A DNA stretch of 60,119 bases, the filler included, from Sphacelaria rigidula (Eukaryota): assembly GCA_964200075.2 (NCBI GenBank). It is 7 parts of 7 records of this genome, joined end to end, with 100 filler letters (N's around TTAATTAATTAA, not from the genome) between each part and the next. Parts side by side here need not be neighbours in the genome. Positions count along the whole stretch, not along the records: positions 1 to 8,504 come from CAXNAA020010952.1; positions 8,605 to 17,107 come from CAXNAA020010953.1; 5 more parts are not named here. One strand, written 5' to 3'. The position numbers were made by a program, and so were the translations under genes. Numbering within the stretch: the first letter of the stretch is position 1; the number at the start of each line of letters is the position of its first letter. Shown piece by piece: positions 1-11,673 of the stretch. Below the pieces are notes generated by a model. That model was not told where the DNA came from. It searched no databases and saw only the letters and a program-made list of their open reading frames with translations.

Positions 1-247
1 AACACAGTGCCCAAGTCAGTGCCAGTTGGTGTTATCGGGCGAAACGAGTAAAGACCCCGTTTATCAGGAGGGTGTTATTCACCGTGAAACACAGTTTTTC
101 GGCCCTGGTGCAAGAAACAGGCAGAATTTCTCAAAACTAAAACTGTACATTTCTTCACAGATGTGATCGGGACAGGCTCGATCGACCTAAAATACAGAAG
201 AGTAGGAATCTGGGCTGAAACGTGGCAGGCCCCCCGATAACCGGTCA

Positions 248-430
248 GCCCGTAAGTCACTCAATATTGAGTACATACGTTTTTTTTCTTGGAATGTGGA
301 GCGGATACAAATATCTTCAGATCCCCGATGCGATGAGTGATGTCAAGCGAAAAGAGTCCGAGAAAATCGCCAATTACGAAAAAAATAACAAAATGCCACA
401 AAAGGAATAGTTAGACCGCCCACTACTGTA
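248..430. repeat. Dispersed repeat ending in CCCACTACTGTA (probable Tc1/mariner-type terminus); second copy 9015-9197
   Basis: GCCCGTAAGTCA...TCTTGGAA(T/C)GTGGAGCGGATACAA...CCCACTACTGTA is shared by contigs 1 and 2; the end reads TA-CAGTAGTGGG on the minus strand. Confidence 0.6.
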
Positions 431-649
431 GCTTCCCGGTGATGCGTGTTGCAGATCGCTGCTGCGAATCCGCAAAATATCCTGGATGATCTACGGGTGA
501 CTTCCAGTTTCTAAGAATATCGCGTGGATCTGCAGGGAGCTAGTAGATCGATCTTCAAGGGGTTAAACTGGTTACGTGTGAGGACAGTCTTGAGTTTCAA
601 CATGGCGCTCGCGCGGTGGCTTCTGTGACTGACACTTGGCATTTGTTAC

Positions 650-1877
650 ATATATACAGGCCGGTTCACGCTTATCACCCGAAAAACACTCATCGGCAAA
701 ATCTCACGCCGTATTAAGGAGTTGAACGCTGAAATTATGCACAGATGCTCTATGGGGCATTACGCAACTTCCCAAGGTCGATTTTGTTTTTCTTCTCTTC
801 CCATTTTTTTCGGGGAACCATGGATCCAATCGGACGTCCGTAAAACAGTGAAAAAAACAAAAACTGAAAAAACCTTGTTCATTCAAAGTTGCGTCATGAC
901 CCATAGCGCAGTTGTGCAAAATCTCAGGGTCCAACTCCTTGAAACGGCGTGAGGTTTCTCGCTTTTGTGCAATGAACTTTGCCGAGCCGCGGTGAAACCG
1001 CAAACTACTTGATTTTAGTACGAAAACGGCGTTTTTGGGCCTTTTTGACGTGAAGATGAAGATTGAAGCACCAGTTAATCGAGTTTTGCGACGAAATTTT
1101 GTGGGGCTCTTCCATGGGTTATGCAGCGACAGCCCGTTCTCGAACAAATCGAAAAAACATATATCGTAGTGCCGGTTTTCTGGGGTCCCAGAATGGAGAC
1201 TACAGCAAAAAACGACTTGGATCCCGTCGGACCCCCACAAAACTGTGAAAACCTCAAGAAGTAAAAAAACCTCGTCCATAGGAAGTTGCGCAATGACACA
1301 TAGCATATTTGTGCAGAGTTTCAGGTTCTAATTCCTAATAACGGCATGAAGGTTTGCGCATTTGTGGAGGATGTAAGCTTGAAACGTGCAACTCCTATCT
1401 ACTGGTTTTAGTATGGAAACGTCTTTATCGGTAAATTTCACGTCAAGGCAAGAAGCACTGTATGCGGTGTACGAGTTTCTCGATCAAACTTTGTACATGT
1501 GTTCCTTGGACTACCTCCGGGACGCATCATTTTATTAATTTGTTTTGGGGTATTCTGTACGGCTTTTCGGGGGTCTTCACACTGGGACCCCCGGAAGCCG
1601 GTAGAGAACGAAAAAACTATGAAACATAGGCAAGAGCGCTATTTTTCCATCTAAAGCATCAATACCTACGCAACTGCCAAGTTTGAGGGCGATCTGAGCT
1701 TTTCTGCAACAAATATAGGGGACACCGTCACAAGGCTACCTGGGTCTCTCATGCGTATCACTGGTGGAAATTAGACGACACCAACACCCGACATCACCGA
1801 AACATCACGGTTTTGGGTATAATTCGACCCCCGCAGTAACCGTTTAATATATGTATATATATATATATATATATATA
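650..1877. mobile_element. Non-coding element with internal inverted/direct repeats, bounded by (TA)n
   Basis: 700-772 is inverted relative to 886-957; 886-1100 repeats directly at about 1281-1500; TATATA at the left end and (TA)n at about 1848-1877. Confidence 0.5.
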
Positions 1878-4748
1878 CAAGGTTCCCCTTCGGGAGGTTG
1901 ATACTGGCCTCCCGGGCGTGACGCGAGTCGAAAATATACTGTTGTAGTGCGATTCCTTTTTCATAATATGGAGGCAATTGTGTGGGAGGATTTGTACCTT
2001 CCAGTAGATACTCGTACTGTCACATTTCGCAGTTTCGAATGTCTCAGACCAAGAGTGGCGGCAAGAGCGGTGGACACTTCCAGCATGAAGAGCTCGCTTC
2101 ACGGGCGGTGTGCGGAGGTGAAAAAAACACCATCACGCACGAGACCCGTCACAGCGCACATCGCAAGTGATTGCTACCGAAATAAGGTCGCGTCCCGGTA
2201 GTACACGGCGAACTCGTGCAGGGTTCTCTAAATGCCGGCCAGACCCCGCGCGCACGGATTTCAAATCACACTTGTATACAGTATATATGCATGATATTGC
2301 TTGCTGTCTGTGTGTACGTGGTATACCACCCCTCGCTCTGCCACATCTAGTACAGCGATCGGTGTCACAGCTAAGTGTGCATTCGCCGTAGGTGGCCTAC
2401 GCAAGAGTAATAGGCCGCTGTAATTCCTGCCTGTATCTTGAGCGGATGGTAACACAGCCGCTATGGCGCGCAAGCCGGCTGTAACAATTCATACCGCGTG
2501 GAGATTTCTACACTGTCTTGAAGTCATACTGCGCGCAGTTCCCACTTTTGTACGAATTTTGTGCACGTTGCAGAAGGCAATAGCTTCCATATTGTGCGCA
2601 GTACATGTTTTTAAATTGTATACTCGCTGTAGAAAGCTCTTGTCTGGGGTGTAATACATTTCCATACATATCAGGCGGTGAAATTGTGAAATAAGCAAAT
2701 AATCCACAGCACATGGCCGAAGTGGCAGTGAGGCAATCACCGAAATATTCGCGTGCAAAGCCTGTGCGGCGGTACTCTAAGTTGTTAACGCTAGAAGAAT
2801 ACCAGTGCAATGGCCATTCCGGCTGCCGGCCTGTGCACGGCCGTCCCGGTAATGTTGGGACTGTCTGTACCGGGATGTCGCCCCCAGTGCCAGGTACGCC
2901 GGCAGGGGTCCGCAGCACTACCCACTGGTCGCGCGACAGGAGCTCAATCTTAGACTGTCGAGATTTTAGAAGCGGAAATGTTCAGCTCCCAACCCTCACA
3001 TATATAGCGGACCATAAACGATGCTTATTTGCTGGGTTTCTTCGAGGGTTCGTCCATAACTGGGCGAAGATAGATGATGAGGCCGGCAGGATCCGTCGTA
3101 GCCTGCGTGATCAACTATCACTGTACCCACTCTATCTACAGTAGCCGTCATCAGACAGCAGGGTGTTGAAAAAACAAAATCCCACGCACCGTGGGTATCC
3201 ACCGTACGTATCAATGCACACTGGGCCATCAGCGACTTCCCCTGCTGCAGCTGTGACTGTGACCCCTTCCTCTAATACCAATCTACACATTCTTCAGTGT
3301 TCTTCACGATGCTTTTTTTGTGGATTGTTACGTTCGCATAATTGGGGCACATATTACGCAGATATGACCGTGTTAGAGGCTTCACGTCAAAACTAAATGA
3401 TAAGGGATCTCAGATCATTCGACTTGTGTTTGCTGCTGACTAAGTCAAGGCAATGTTCAGCTGTTTTCAACTGCTTTGCTCTCATGTTCTCGTGACATTC
3501 GCTGCATAACCACTGTCTTCGTGTTCCCAAATCATCGAGAACGCAAAGAAAATCACGGTGAAAACATACCCCGCCATGAGCGGGCTTTTGTGGCTCTTGT
3601 TTGAAGTTTTCGATCTTGGAAAGGCTTTTGTGGTTCGGGATCGACACCCCGCGAAAAAGAGCCAGTGTGGACGACTTCTGATGGCAAGAACATGCGCCAC
3701 AGGTATCAGATGACACCTAAACTCCAACTGTAATGTACCGCTGACCCTCTTTCGTGCACTGCAAAACAAAGCGCGGGCTAAGATGCCTTGCAGCCAGAGA
3801 ACACTCGGCAAAAGTGGTGAAAAATGCGAAATGATACATGTGCATATATTCGTGAGATTCCCGAGCCAACGGCGGTTACTACGATTTGAAACATGTGAAG
3901 ATTGGGTGAAAATTTGGCTTGAAATTCGTACTTTCAATCTCGGAACAGTTTTACGGGCGCTGATTGGTCGATATACCTTTTCGCCCCTAGCGCTACGACT
4001 GTGGCCTTACACACAAATCCGGCTATGTTACGCTCTTCAGCTGTCCATGGCGGTCAGTATGATATCATGAATACGACTACTGGGTAGGTATTACGGAAGA
4101 TATTTGCTGATGACACAATTTTGGGTGATGGGCGTGAACCAGCCTGTATTGGTTATCGATGTGAGACCCTCCTCGTATGGATTGGGAGCATTACACGGGT
4201 CACTGTATTTGGTGGATACAGTAGTGGAAAGTGCTCACGTGCAAAAATACTGTAAGTCGCACAAGTTTTTCCCCAAGTTGCCTCAATTCCGCCCATATCT
4301 GCGTATCCCACTTGCACAATATCGCACACCTTCTACCGCTTCCCTTGCTCTTGTATGTGTGTAAAAAACATTTGCAAGCGTGAAACTCTCAATAGACGTA
4401 CCGAGTACAAGAGTACCCACGACAACTGCCGGCAACGGGCGTCTCAAGTTCGCACTGCTGTATGCCGACGTGCGCTGCATCGCCACCCAAATTGTAGTCG
4501 ACGCGTCGCTTTGCCCTGCTTTACTGGCCTACCGAGCATCATCTCCTTCGCCTTTATCCTTTTTTCATGGAACGTGTTACTGTATCCCCATATCACCGAT
4601 ATTTCTCGCCGTGATGCCATGCTACATTCATTCTCGCAGTCCCGCCAGTTGGAGAACTCACGGTCACAGCCGGCAGAGCACGTCACACTGGACGGTGCGT
4701 GTGTTTTGAGACAACCGCCATCGACTGTTGTACGGGCCTTGAGCTCGA

Positions 4749-6305
4749 GTGAAGAACGAAGTGTACGGGCCGGAGTTTTGCTCCCTGCACGCCGAGGACG
4801 GGATGGTAAAGATCGTCCGTAGAACGTGCTCCCGTGTGGGCTGCTCCAAGCAGCCGTCGTTTGGGTTGGCGTACGGCAGGAGACCTGAGGTGTGCTCACT
4901 GCACGCCGAGGACGGAATGGTGAATGTGGTCACGAAGAAGTGCTCCCGCGCGGGCTGCTACTTTGTACCGTCGTTCGGGTTGGCGGGGAGCAAAAGGCCG
5001 GAGTTATGCTCCCTGCACGCCGAAGACGAAATGGTGAATGTCAAGGCAAAGACGTGCTCCCACGAGGGCTGCCCCAAGCAACCGTCGTTTGGGTTGGCGG
5101 GGAGCAAAGTGCGGGAGATTTGCTCGCTGCACGCCGAGAAGGGAATGGTGAATCTCAACATCAAGACGTGCTCCCACGAGGGCTGCTCCAAGCGACCGTC
5201 GTTTGGGCTGGCGGGGAGCAAAGTGCGGGAGTTTTGCTTGTTGCACACCCAGAAGGGAATGGTGAATCTCGACGGCAAGACGTGCTCACGGGAGGGCTGC
5301 TCCAAGCGATCGTCGTTTGGGTTGGCGGGGAGCAAAGTGCGGGAGTTTTGCTCGCTGCACACCCAGAAGGGAATGGTGAATCTCAACGCCAAGACGTGCT
5401 CTCGGGAGGGCTGCTCCACGCGATCGTCGTTTGGGCTGGCGGGGGGCAAAAGGCCGGAGTTTTGCTCGCTGCACGCCGAGGATGGAATGGTGAATGTGGT
5501 CACGAAGAAGTGCTCCCATGCGGGCTGCTACTTTGCACCATCGTTCGGGTTGGCGGGCAGCAAAAGGCCGGAGTTTTGCTCCCTGCACGCCGAGGATGGG
5601 GTGGTGGGTCTCAGGGCGAAGTCGTGCTCCCGCGATTACTGCTCCAAGCGGCCGTCGTTTGGGTTGGCGGGGAGCAAAGTGCGGGAGTTTTGCTCGCTGC
5701 ACGCCGAGAAGGGGATGGTGAATCTCGACGTCAAGACGTGCTCCCGCGATGGTTGCTCCAAGCGGCCGCTGTATGGGTTGGCGGGCAGCAAAGTGCGGGA
5801 GTTTTGCCCGCTGCACACCCAGGAGGGAATGGTGAATCCTCACGTCAAGACGTGCTCCCGCGAATACAGCTTGAAGGAGCCGATGTTTGGCTTTGCGGAC
5901 AGTAGAAAGCCGGAGTTCGGCAAGAAGCATGCCAAGCAAGGGATGGTCGACGTCTGTCTCGGGAAATACGTCACATCAGCAGCCCATCGTTCAGAGAAAC
6001 CGGCGAGTCGCTCAGAGGTAGTGAAACTAGAGATTGCTGCGCAACAGTCTGACGGTGAGGAAGGATATGCAATACGGCCACCCATGGGCACGAAGCGCAG
6101 GTCCGAGCAGGCTGTGCATTCAAACAGCAGCACCATTTCAAGGAGAGCTAAGCTAGCCCACACGACTGATGGACTAGTTCCGGCGCAAGTCGCTCGTGGC
6201 GCAATTACCACAAGGATGTTACTGTGCCGGAGTGGAGCAAATGTCAAGCCCGAGGTAACCATTTCACCGTACCCTTCGTCCGTGTCGGCTTCACGTCAGA
6301 AGTAG
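4749..6305 (+). CDS. EsV-1-7 cysteine-rich repeat protein (9 complete 38-aa C-x4-C-x16-C-x2-H units, an N-terminal half unit, a degenerate 10th unit and a basic C-terminal tail)
   Basis: Consensus CSxxGCSKRPSFGLAGSKxxEFCSLHAExGMVNxxxKT matches the EsV-1-7 motif of brown algae and phaeoviruses. First in-frame ATG is 4803; the true start is uncertain. Confidence 0.92.
   Translation: MKNEVYGPEFCSLHAEDGMVKIVRRTCSRVGCSKQPSFGLAYGRRPEVCSLHAEDGMVNVVTKKCSRAGCYFVPSFGLAGSKRPELCSLHAEDEMVNVKAKTCSHEGCPKQPSFGLAGSKVREICSLHAEKGMVNLNIKTCSHEGCSKRPSFGLAGSKVREFCLLHTQKGMVNLDGKTCSREGCSKRSSFGLAGSKVREFCSLHTQKGMVNLNAKTCSREGCSTRSSFGLAGGKRPEFCSLHAEDGMVNVVTKKCSHAGCYFAPSFGLAGSKRPEFCSLHAEDGVVGLRAKSCSRDYCSKRPSFGLAGSKVREFCSLHAEKGMVNLDVKTCSRDGCSKRPLYGLAGSKVREFCPLHTQEGMVNPHVKTCSREYSLKEPMFGFADSRKPEFGKKHAKQGMVDVCLGKYVTSAAHRSEKPASRSEVVKLEIAAQQSDGEEGYAIRPPMGTKRRSEQAVHSNSSTISRRAKLAHTTDGLVPAQVARGAITTRMLLCRSGANVKPEVTISPYPSSVSASRQK
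4827..5966 (+). repeat. 114-bp coding tandem repeat, 10 units
   Basis: Units start with TGCTC at 4827, 4941, 5055, 5169, 5283, 5397, 5511, 5625, 5739, 5853. Confidence 0.97.
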
Positions 6306-8504
6306 TTGGTGCTACTCATGATGAAGGTGCTCGATAATTATGTAGGCAGGTGGTGGTGTGATGTGTCCCTCAACGTCTTGAGTTTCACTGCCATCTAGGG
6401 ATCATTCTGAGCAGGCATCTGAGGAGCACACTAGGCACCCGGGGATCACGCTTTTGTCACGCAGAAACCGGTCTTGTTCCGCGTGATTGGTAACGTATGG
6501 ATATTCTTGCTCAGTTTACTGATTCTCGTGGTGGTGCAGCTTTTCGTTGGTGTTATACGCGAGGGAAGTGCGGGTGTTGCCGTACCTGCCGATGTAAGCA
6601 ACACTCGATCGAACGATCGACGCTTTTTGGGGAGGGTGTGCGAAGGGCAGCATACCACCTACGCCATCAATGATCCTTCATTACACAGCGCATGTTTGGG
6701 GGTGGATATTCCACCGAAGGACACTTGTGTTTTCGCGGGTAAATTTTTACTCTGCCGGGTTCCGTGAGACATATCCATCAAACCGTGAGCAGATGATTTT
6801 CGATGGGGTGCCATTCATGCATCATTGTCGTCGTGACGATGGTGGTGAAACCATGTTTTGCACTTGGCAGGGTAGCGCTCAACCCAGGCGGCCGAGGTTG
6901 ACCCCCAACGCATCTTGCTATCTCCGCTTCAACGGATCCAAGTACGCTATGCGCATTACGCGATTATAAGGTCCAATACGTACTGCTGATAACCGGCCTG
7001 GGAACCGGCGACAGCAGCAGCAGCGACTACGAGGCCGTATGAAGTATGCGATGTTTGAAGGCTTGGGGCAGTGTTCAGAGAAATGTAGGTGGTCGTTTTT
7101 GACGACTGTGAGATACTGGGTTCGTGCGCTTTTTGAGCGCACGAAGGACATGGGCTTGACCCGATTTCAATCGTGATTGACCCGTCCACGAAGTTTTGCT
7201 TATTTACATACATGTACCGTAAGCGAAAACGGGTGATCACAAGCAGATGGTGCTTTTCACGGCAGCAAGATTGTGGGTAGTCCACCAGAGCTTTCTTCAA
7301 GCAAAAAGTGGCCCAACATGACAAAGTGTCTCTCTTGCTTGCCCTGAACTTATTTCCATTCACGAATTTCCGATCTCGACCGTTGTTGGCGTGGACAACA
7401 ATGTTTTCGTGCACCGTAGAAGATTCACGTTGATTTTTTTTGCCTCGTGCAGAACGTCGCGGACAGTGGTAGCGTGGACTGGCCAGAAGCGACGAGGTAT
7501 ACCTTGTCTTGCGCAGACTGCATGGCAACAGCATCACCATGCAGGAGGACTGGTTTTGCGCAGATCCGCGCGCTCCGGTCGAATTTCAGGTATTTGACAT
7601 CTAACATACCAGGGGGTATCTACATGACTGTGTGCTTGGCGCAATCTGTGAAGTTGTTGCTGACGTATGCTTTTTCAGTTGCAAAAGGGTGGACTCGCCA
7701 CTCTTCAGAGTATTGCGAGATCTTGCAGCGGAAATGCCGTTATTGTGATCGTGGCCAACGAAAAACGTGTATACCGAGCACACCCTCGACAATATAAACG
7801 ATAGTGGTCTATTGTCAAATAATAGAGGCGGGGGAAACCTATCGATGTACAGTGTCGAACATGGGAGATCACGTATGTATGAGTGTAATTAACATTAGAA
7901 TACACATGTAAGCCGGAGAAACAGTCTCAGGAACGGGGTTCGCCAGTGGCATACGCAAGCGGACCCGAAACGTTCAAACCTGTGGAACTTGATATTTGGC
8001 AACCTAGGCAACGGGGTCTCCGGTAGAGAGAGCTCAGAACAATAGAGCCACCGCATGAGCCCTGGTTGAACGTCGCCGATACTGCCATACATGCTCGTTA
8101 ACTTCTTCTTGCCTACCATCGGTCGCGGCCACATCCTTGCCTAAATGACAAGAGAGATAACTACGTCTAGCTTTGGAGATCCTTCGGCAGCAGGGTACAA
8201 CAACGTCCTTCGTCGGAACCCGTAACTCTACAGCAGTCGAGACCTAGTCCACACGACGAATGGTGGCATCAACTGCATTTGCGAATGAATTCGGGCACAA
8301 CCTGGCTAAATCGTATCTTTGACTCGAACCGCACGACTCACACTACTTTGGAGATATCTTGAACCGTGCATTTTTCCACAAATGCGACCTGTGGGCCAGC
8401 GCGCAATTTTTTTCAATATTATTCTGCCATTCCATTCAGGCAACGGGTGGCATGAATGTTTCAACATGCTACACATGTAAAATTTTCGTCTCATTATCGG
8501 AACC

Positions 8505-8604
8505 NNNNNNNNNNNNNNNNNNNNNNNNNNNNNNNNNNNNNNNNNNNNTTAATTAATTAANNNNNNNNNNNNNNNNNNNNNNNNNNNNNNNNNNNNNNNN
8601 NNNN
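8505..8604. other. Artificial contig linker N44-TTAATTAATTAA-N44 (also 17108-17207, 25711-25810, 34314-34413, 42916-43015, 51518-51617)
   Basis: Six identical 100-bp spacers whose core gives stops in all six frames, spaced 8602-8603 bp apart. Confidence 0.97.
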
Positions 8605-11600
8605 TTAGTGTCGATCCGACGATTTTAATCCTCCGGGTTCTCATCCTCAATGAAAATCTCCATCCTCAATTTCGATGATCGGCTGTTGTATCGCGCATGA
8701 TCGCAAGTTTCAGACTTCATTAAGTAAGTGCCTCATGTGACTGACATCGATGAAGACGATCCCAAGCAAGGTGGGAGTTCCCAGCCGGTCGGTGTGCTCG
8801 GCCTCCATCATTTGATGCAAATGTAGATTTTGCCTCCTCAAACCAGCCTTGTTTCGCGGGGGGGGCTTTCGCAATGCCCCATCACTCACAAATGTCGTCG
8901 CCTTCAAGGCATGTTTGACGAGTACTAGATTAAGTATTATTTTAGAAGAAACAGTTTCGACCTCGGTTCGTCCCCGCAAAAAAATCCCATTCCCATTTTC
9001 CAGTGGTGACGATCGCCCGTAAGTCAAGCAATGTTGAGTACATTATTTATTTATTTATTTTGTCTTGGAACGTGGAGCGGATACAAGTATCTTCGGATCC
9101 TCAATGTGATGAGCGGTGGCAAGCGAAAGAACCAAAGACGATTGCCGGTTACAGAGAAATTATAGAATGAACAGTCATCAAGGCGCCCACTACTGTATAT
9201 CCGCACAGTGTAGGCGAAAACCCCCCCACTAATTGCAAAATTGGTGGAGCTCTAGAGCGAATAATAAAATTCACTTCAATCAATCCAATACTTGCAGTCG
9301 CACGAAAATGACGTGAGACGCGTAGTAGGCACCGTTGAAGATAACAAAGAAGACGTAGCAGCAGAGTGGGAGGGGGGAAAAATCGCGGAGCGGAAGGTGA
9401 GAAGACGTCTTGCTGGCGTTACTGTTCAGAAAAGGCTACTCCCTGCTGTCAAATGGTCAGAATGCGGAGTCTGGCGAAACAAATCATTGTTAGGAACGCA
9501 GAGTGAGCACTTGTCGTACAAATGCATCACCAAAAAAAAAGTCATGCTAGCCGAGAAAAACAGATGGGGGGAAAATACGATAGGAAGAGGAAGTGTGCTT
9601 CAAGGCGTAGACCGAAATCTCAGCGGCGCCCATGAAGCGTCGGTTCGTTACCACCAGGCTTTTTCCGCGGTGGAGGGCTCTCGAACATTTCTTACTACAA
9701 TCATTTTTCATATGTTCCTAGACCAAACCCTGCATTTTGTTCTTTCAGAAAGTTCAAGAGTTAGAGGTTCACCCTACACGGTACCACCTGCTCGCAGTTC
9801 GAGCTTGTTGCCTCACTTTCAATCTTGTATTTCTTTTAGCTGTTGTCACGAAAAGTGGCTCCAAAACCATGAGGGAATGATGAAAAAACGAAATCCGTGA
9901 GCTTGGGGGAAAATACGTTATTTGGCGACATTTCCATATGGCGCCGCACACGTGCCCGCAAATCTGTGACTCGAAGTGCGCCTCCGCGGCAGCAACACGC
10001 ATGTATCGCGTTTTTTGCCTCGTGTGACATGCGTGAGTGCTAATGCATCGTACGACAGACACGCATCTGCCGCAGTGTAGTACGCAGGATGGGAGGGCAC
10101 CGTCTCCCAACCGTCAGCCCAAGAACTGGGTAGCGGGACGGAACATACATCCACCGTCGCGCTTGCAGAACTCGTGGGTACTACGCTAAGTGTACCTTCA
10201 TTGGCTACACTTTAAATGCCGGCAGGAGAGCTGCATAGCCGAGTGGCTGGAAAATATGAGAAAGTGTCGGGGTGCAAGCCCACATGGTGACAAAATATCC
10301 AAAGAATAGACATAAGCTTATACTCCCGGCTGGACGCTTGGAACAAAAATATCGCTGTAAAATTATGCGTCATAGCAACAGGATCACAGTGCAACATACT
10401 TTCGCGCGCGTAAACGAAACATTCGCACCGGTCCAACGCGCTTCGAGTATTTTGAGCGAGACTACAGTAATGTACAAGGGAGCCTGAGTCGCCCTCTTTC
10501 TTCAACACAATCTCTACTTTACCGTAAGTGTTTCTCTCAACAGCACAATTTTCGACACCATAACACTGTCCACCATGTCGCCATTGGAACCGAAATCAAT
10601 CAAACTTTCGGGTTTCGCTTTTGACTCCCTCAATATGCTGAAGCGACCAACCTCCTAAAGATTGTTTTAAACATTGATCAACATGTCCCGTTTTTTTGCT
10701 AAAAAAGGCATCTCCCCTCCCTCCCCTCTCGGCGACGCAAGATATCCAACAAAAACGTTTCTCTATGCATACAGTGGCTTCGCCTTCAATACATTAATCG
10801 AGTATGTACCGGCTGCTGACGCTAGAAACGACAGTGCGACCGCTGGGCACAACAAAATTACTAGCGGCTCTGCTCCCGTCCTGCTTTTTTTTTCTTCTCT
10901 TTCGACGGTTTGTACGTGTCGCAGCGGTTGACGTAGAGTGTTGCAGTAGTGGTACGTTACCGACAGCATTACTCAACTACACGTGATACACATCGACATT
11001 CGTTCACACAATCTTCGCTTCCGTGAGTGGGCTTTGAAAAGCGTCTACCGCGACGAGTCTCAAGACTCTCCGCAGGCCGCCAAAATGGCTTCCATAGGGG
11101 AAAATGTTGAAAAAAACAACCGCTCGGAGTATTTAATGTACCAACCAAAAATACGTCGTGTGTTGTGTACACGCCCAACCCGAGTGATTATGTGCCACAC
11201 CGCGGAATGATTCAATGACTACAGCACTTGACTCTCACCCCTAAAGAATAGACCATAAACATGTGTTCCTCAACGTACTTTGTACGGAATAATGGTACTT
11301 CTCCTGAACAAGATAACCAGTTCCTGTCTCCCCTTGTCTGCATAGATATCCACTCCCCCCCATGCGTAGGAAACGCTTGGTAATTCTATCGTCCTCTCGA
11401 GCAATGCAACCAAACATACATAAACCGAGATATCGTACCATGGCGTACAGTAGTCGTTGACTGTTCAAGCATGTCTACCGTCTGTACCTGAGGTCAAAAG
11501 CGAGAGGCAAGGTTACCAACCGATGCCTTCCGCTGCCGCGAACCGAAAGATCGGAGAGCGACGCAACGCGGACCGCAAGTAACCTCGTCCCGGAAAATCG

Positions 11601-11673
11601 CGAGCCAGAACATCCACCGAACCGCGATACACCACAGACTGGAAATTCCGCGAATCGGAACATCTCGAGGCGG

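Noticed and set aside
4892-5939. Long overlapping ORFs on the EsV-1-7 array (337 aa in another plus frame, 181 and 217 aa antisense)
   Set aside because: Shadow frames of a GC-rich 114-bp repeat that happens to lack stops.
4827-5966. CRISPR-like array
   Set aside because: Continuous coding repeats with no unique spacers, in a eukaryotic context.
6956-8340. Possible coding remnant on the minus strand downstream of EsV-1-7
   Set aside because: Fragmented frames with no motif I can recognise.
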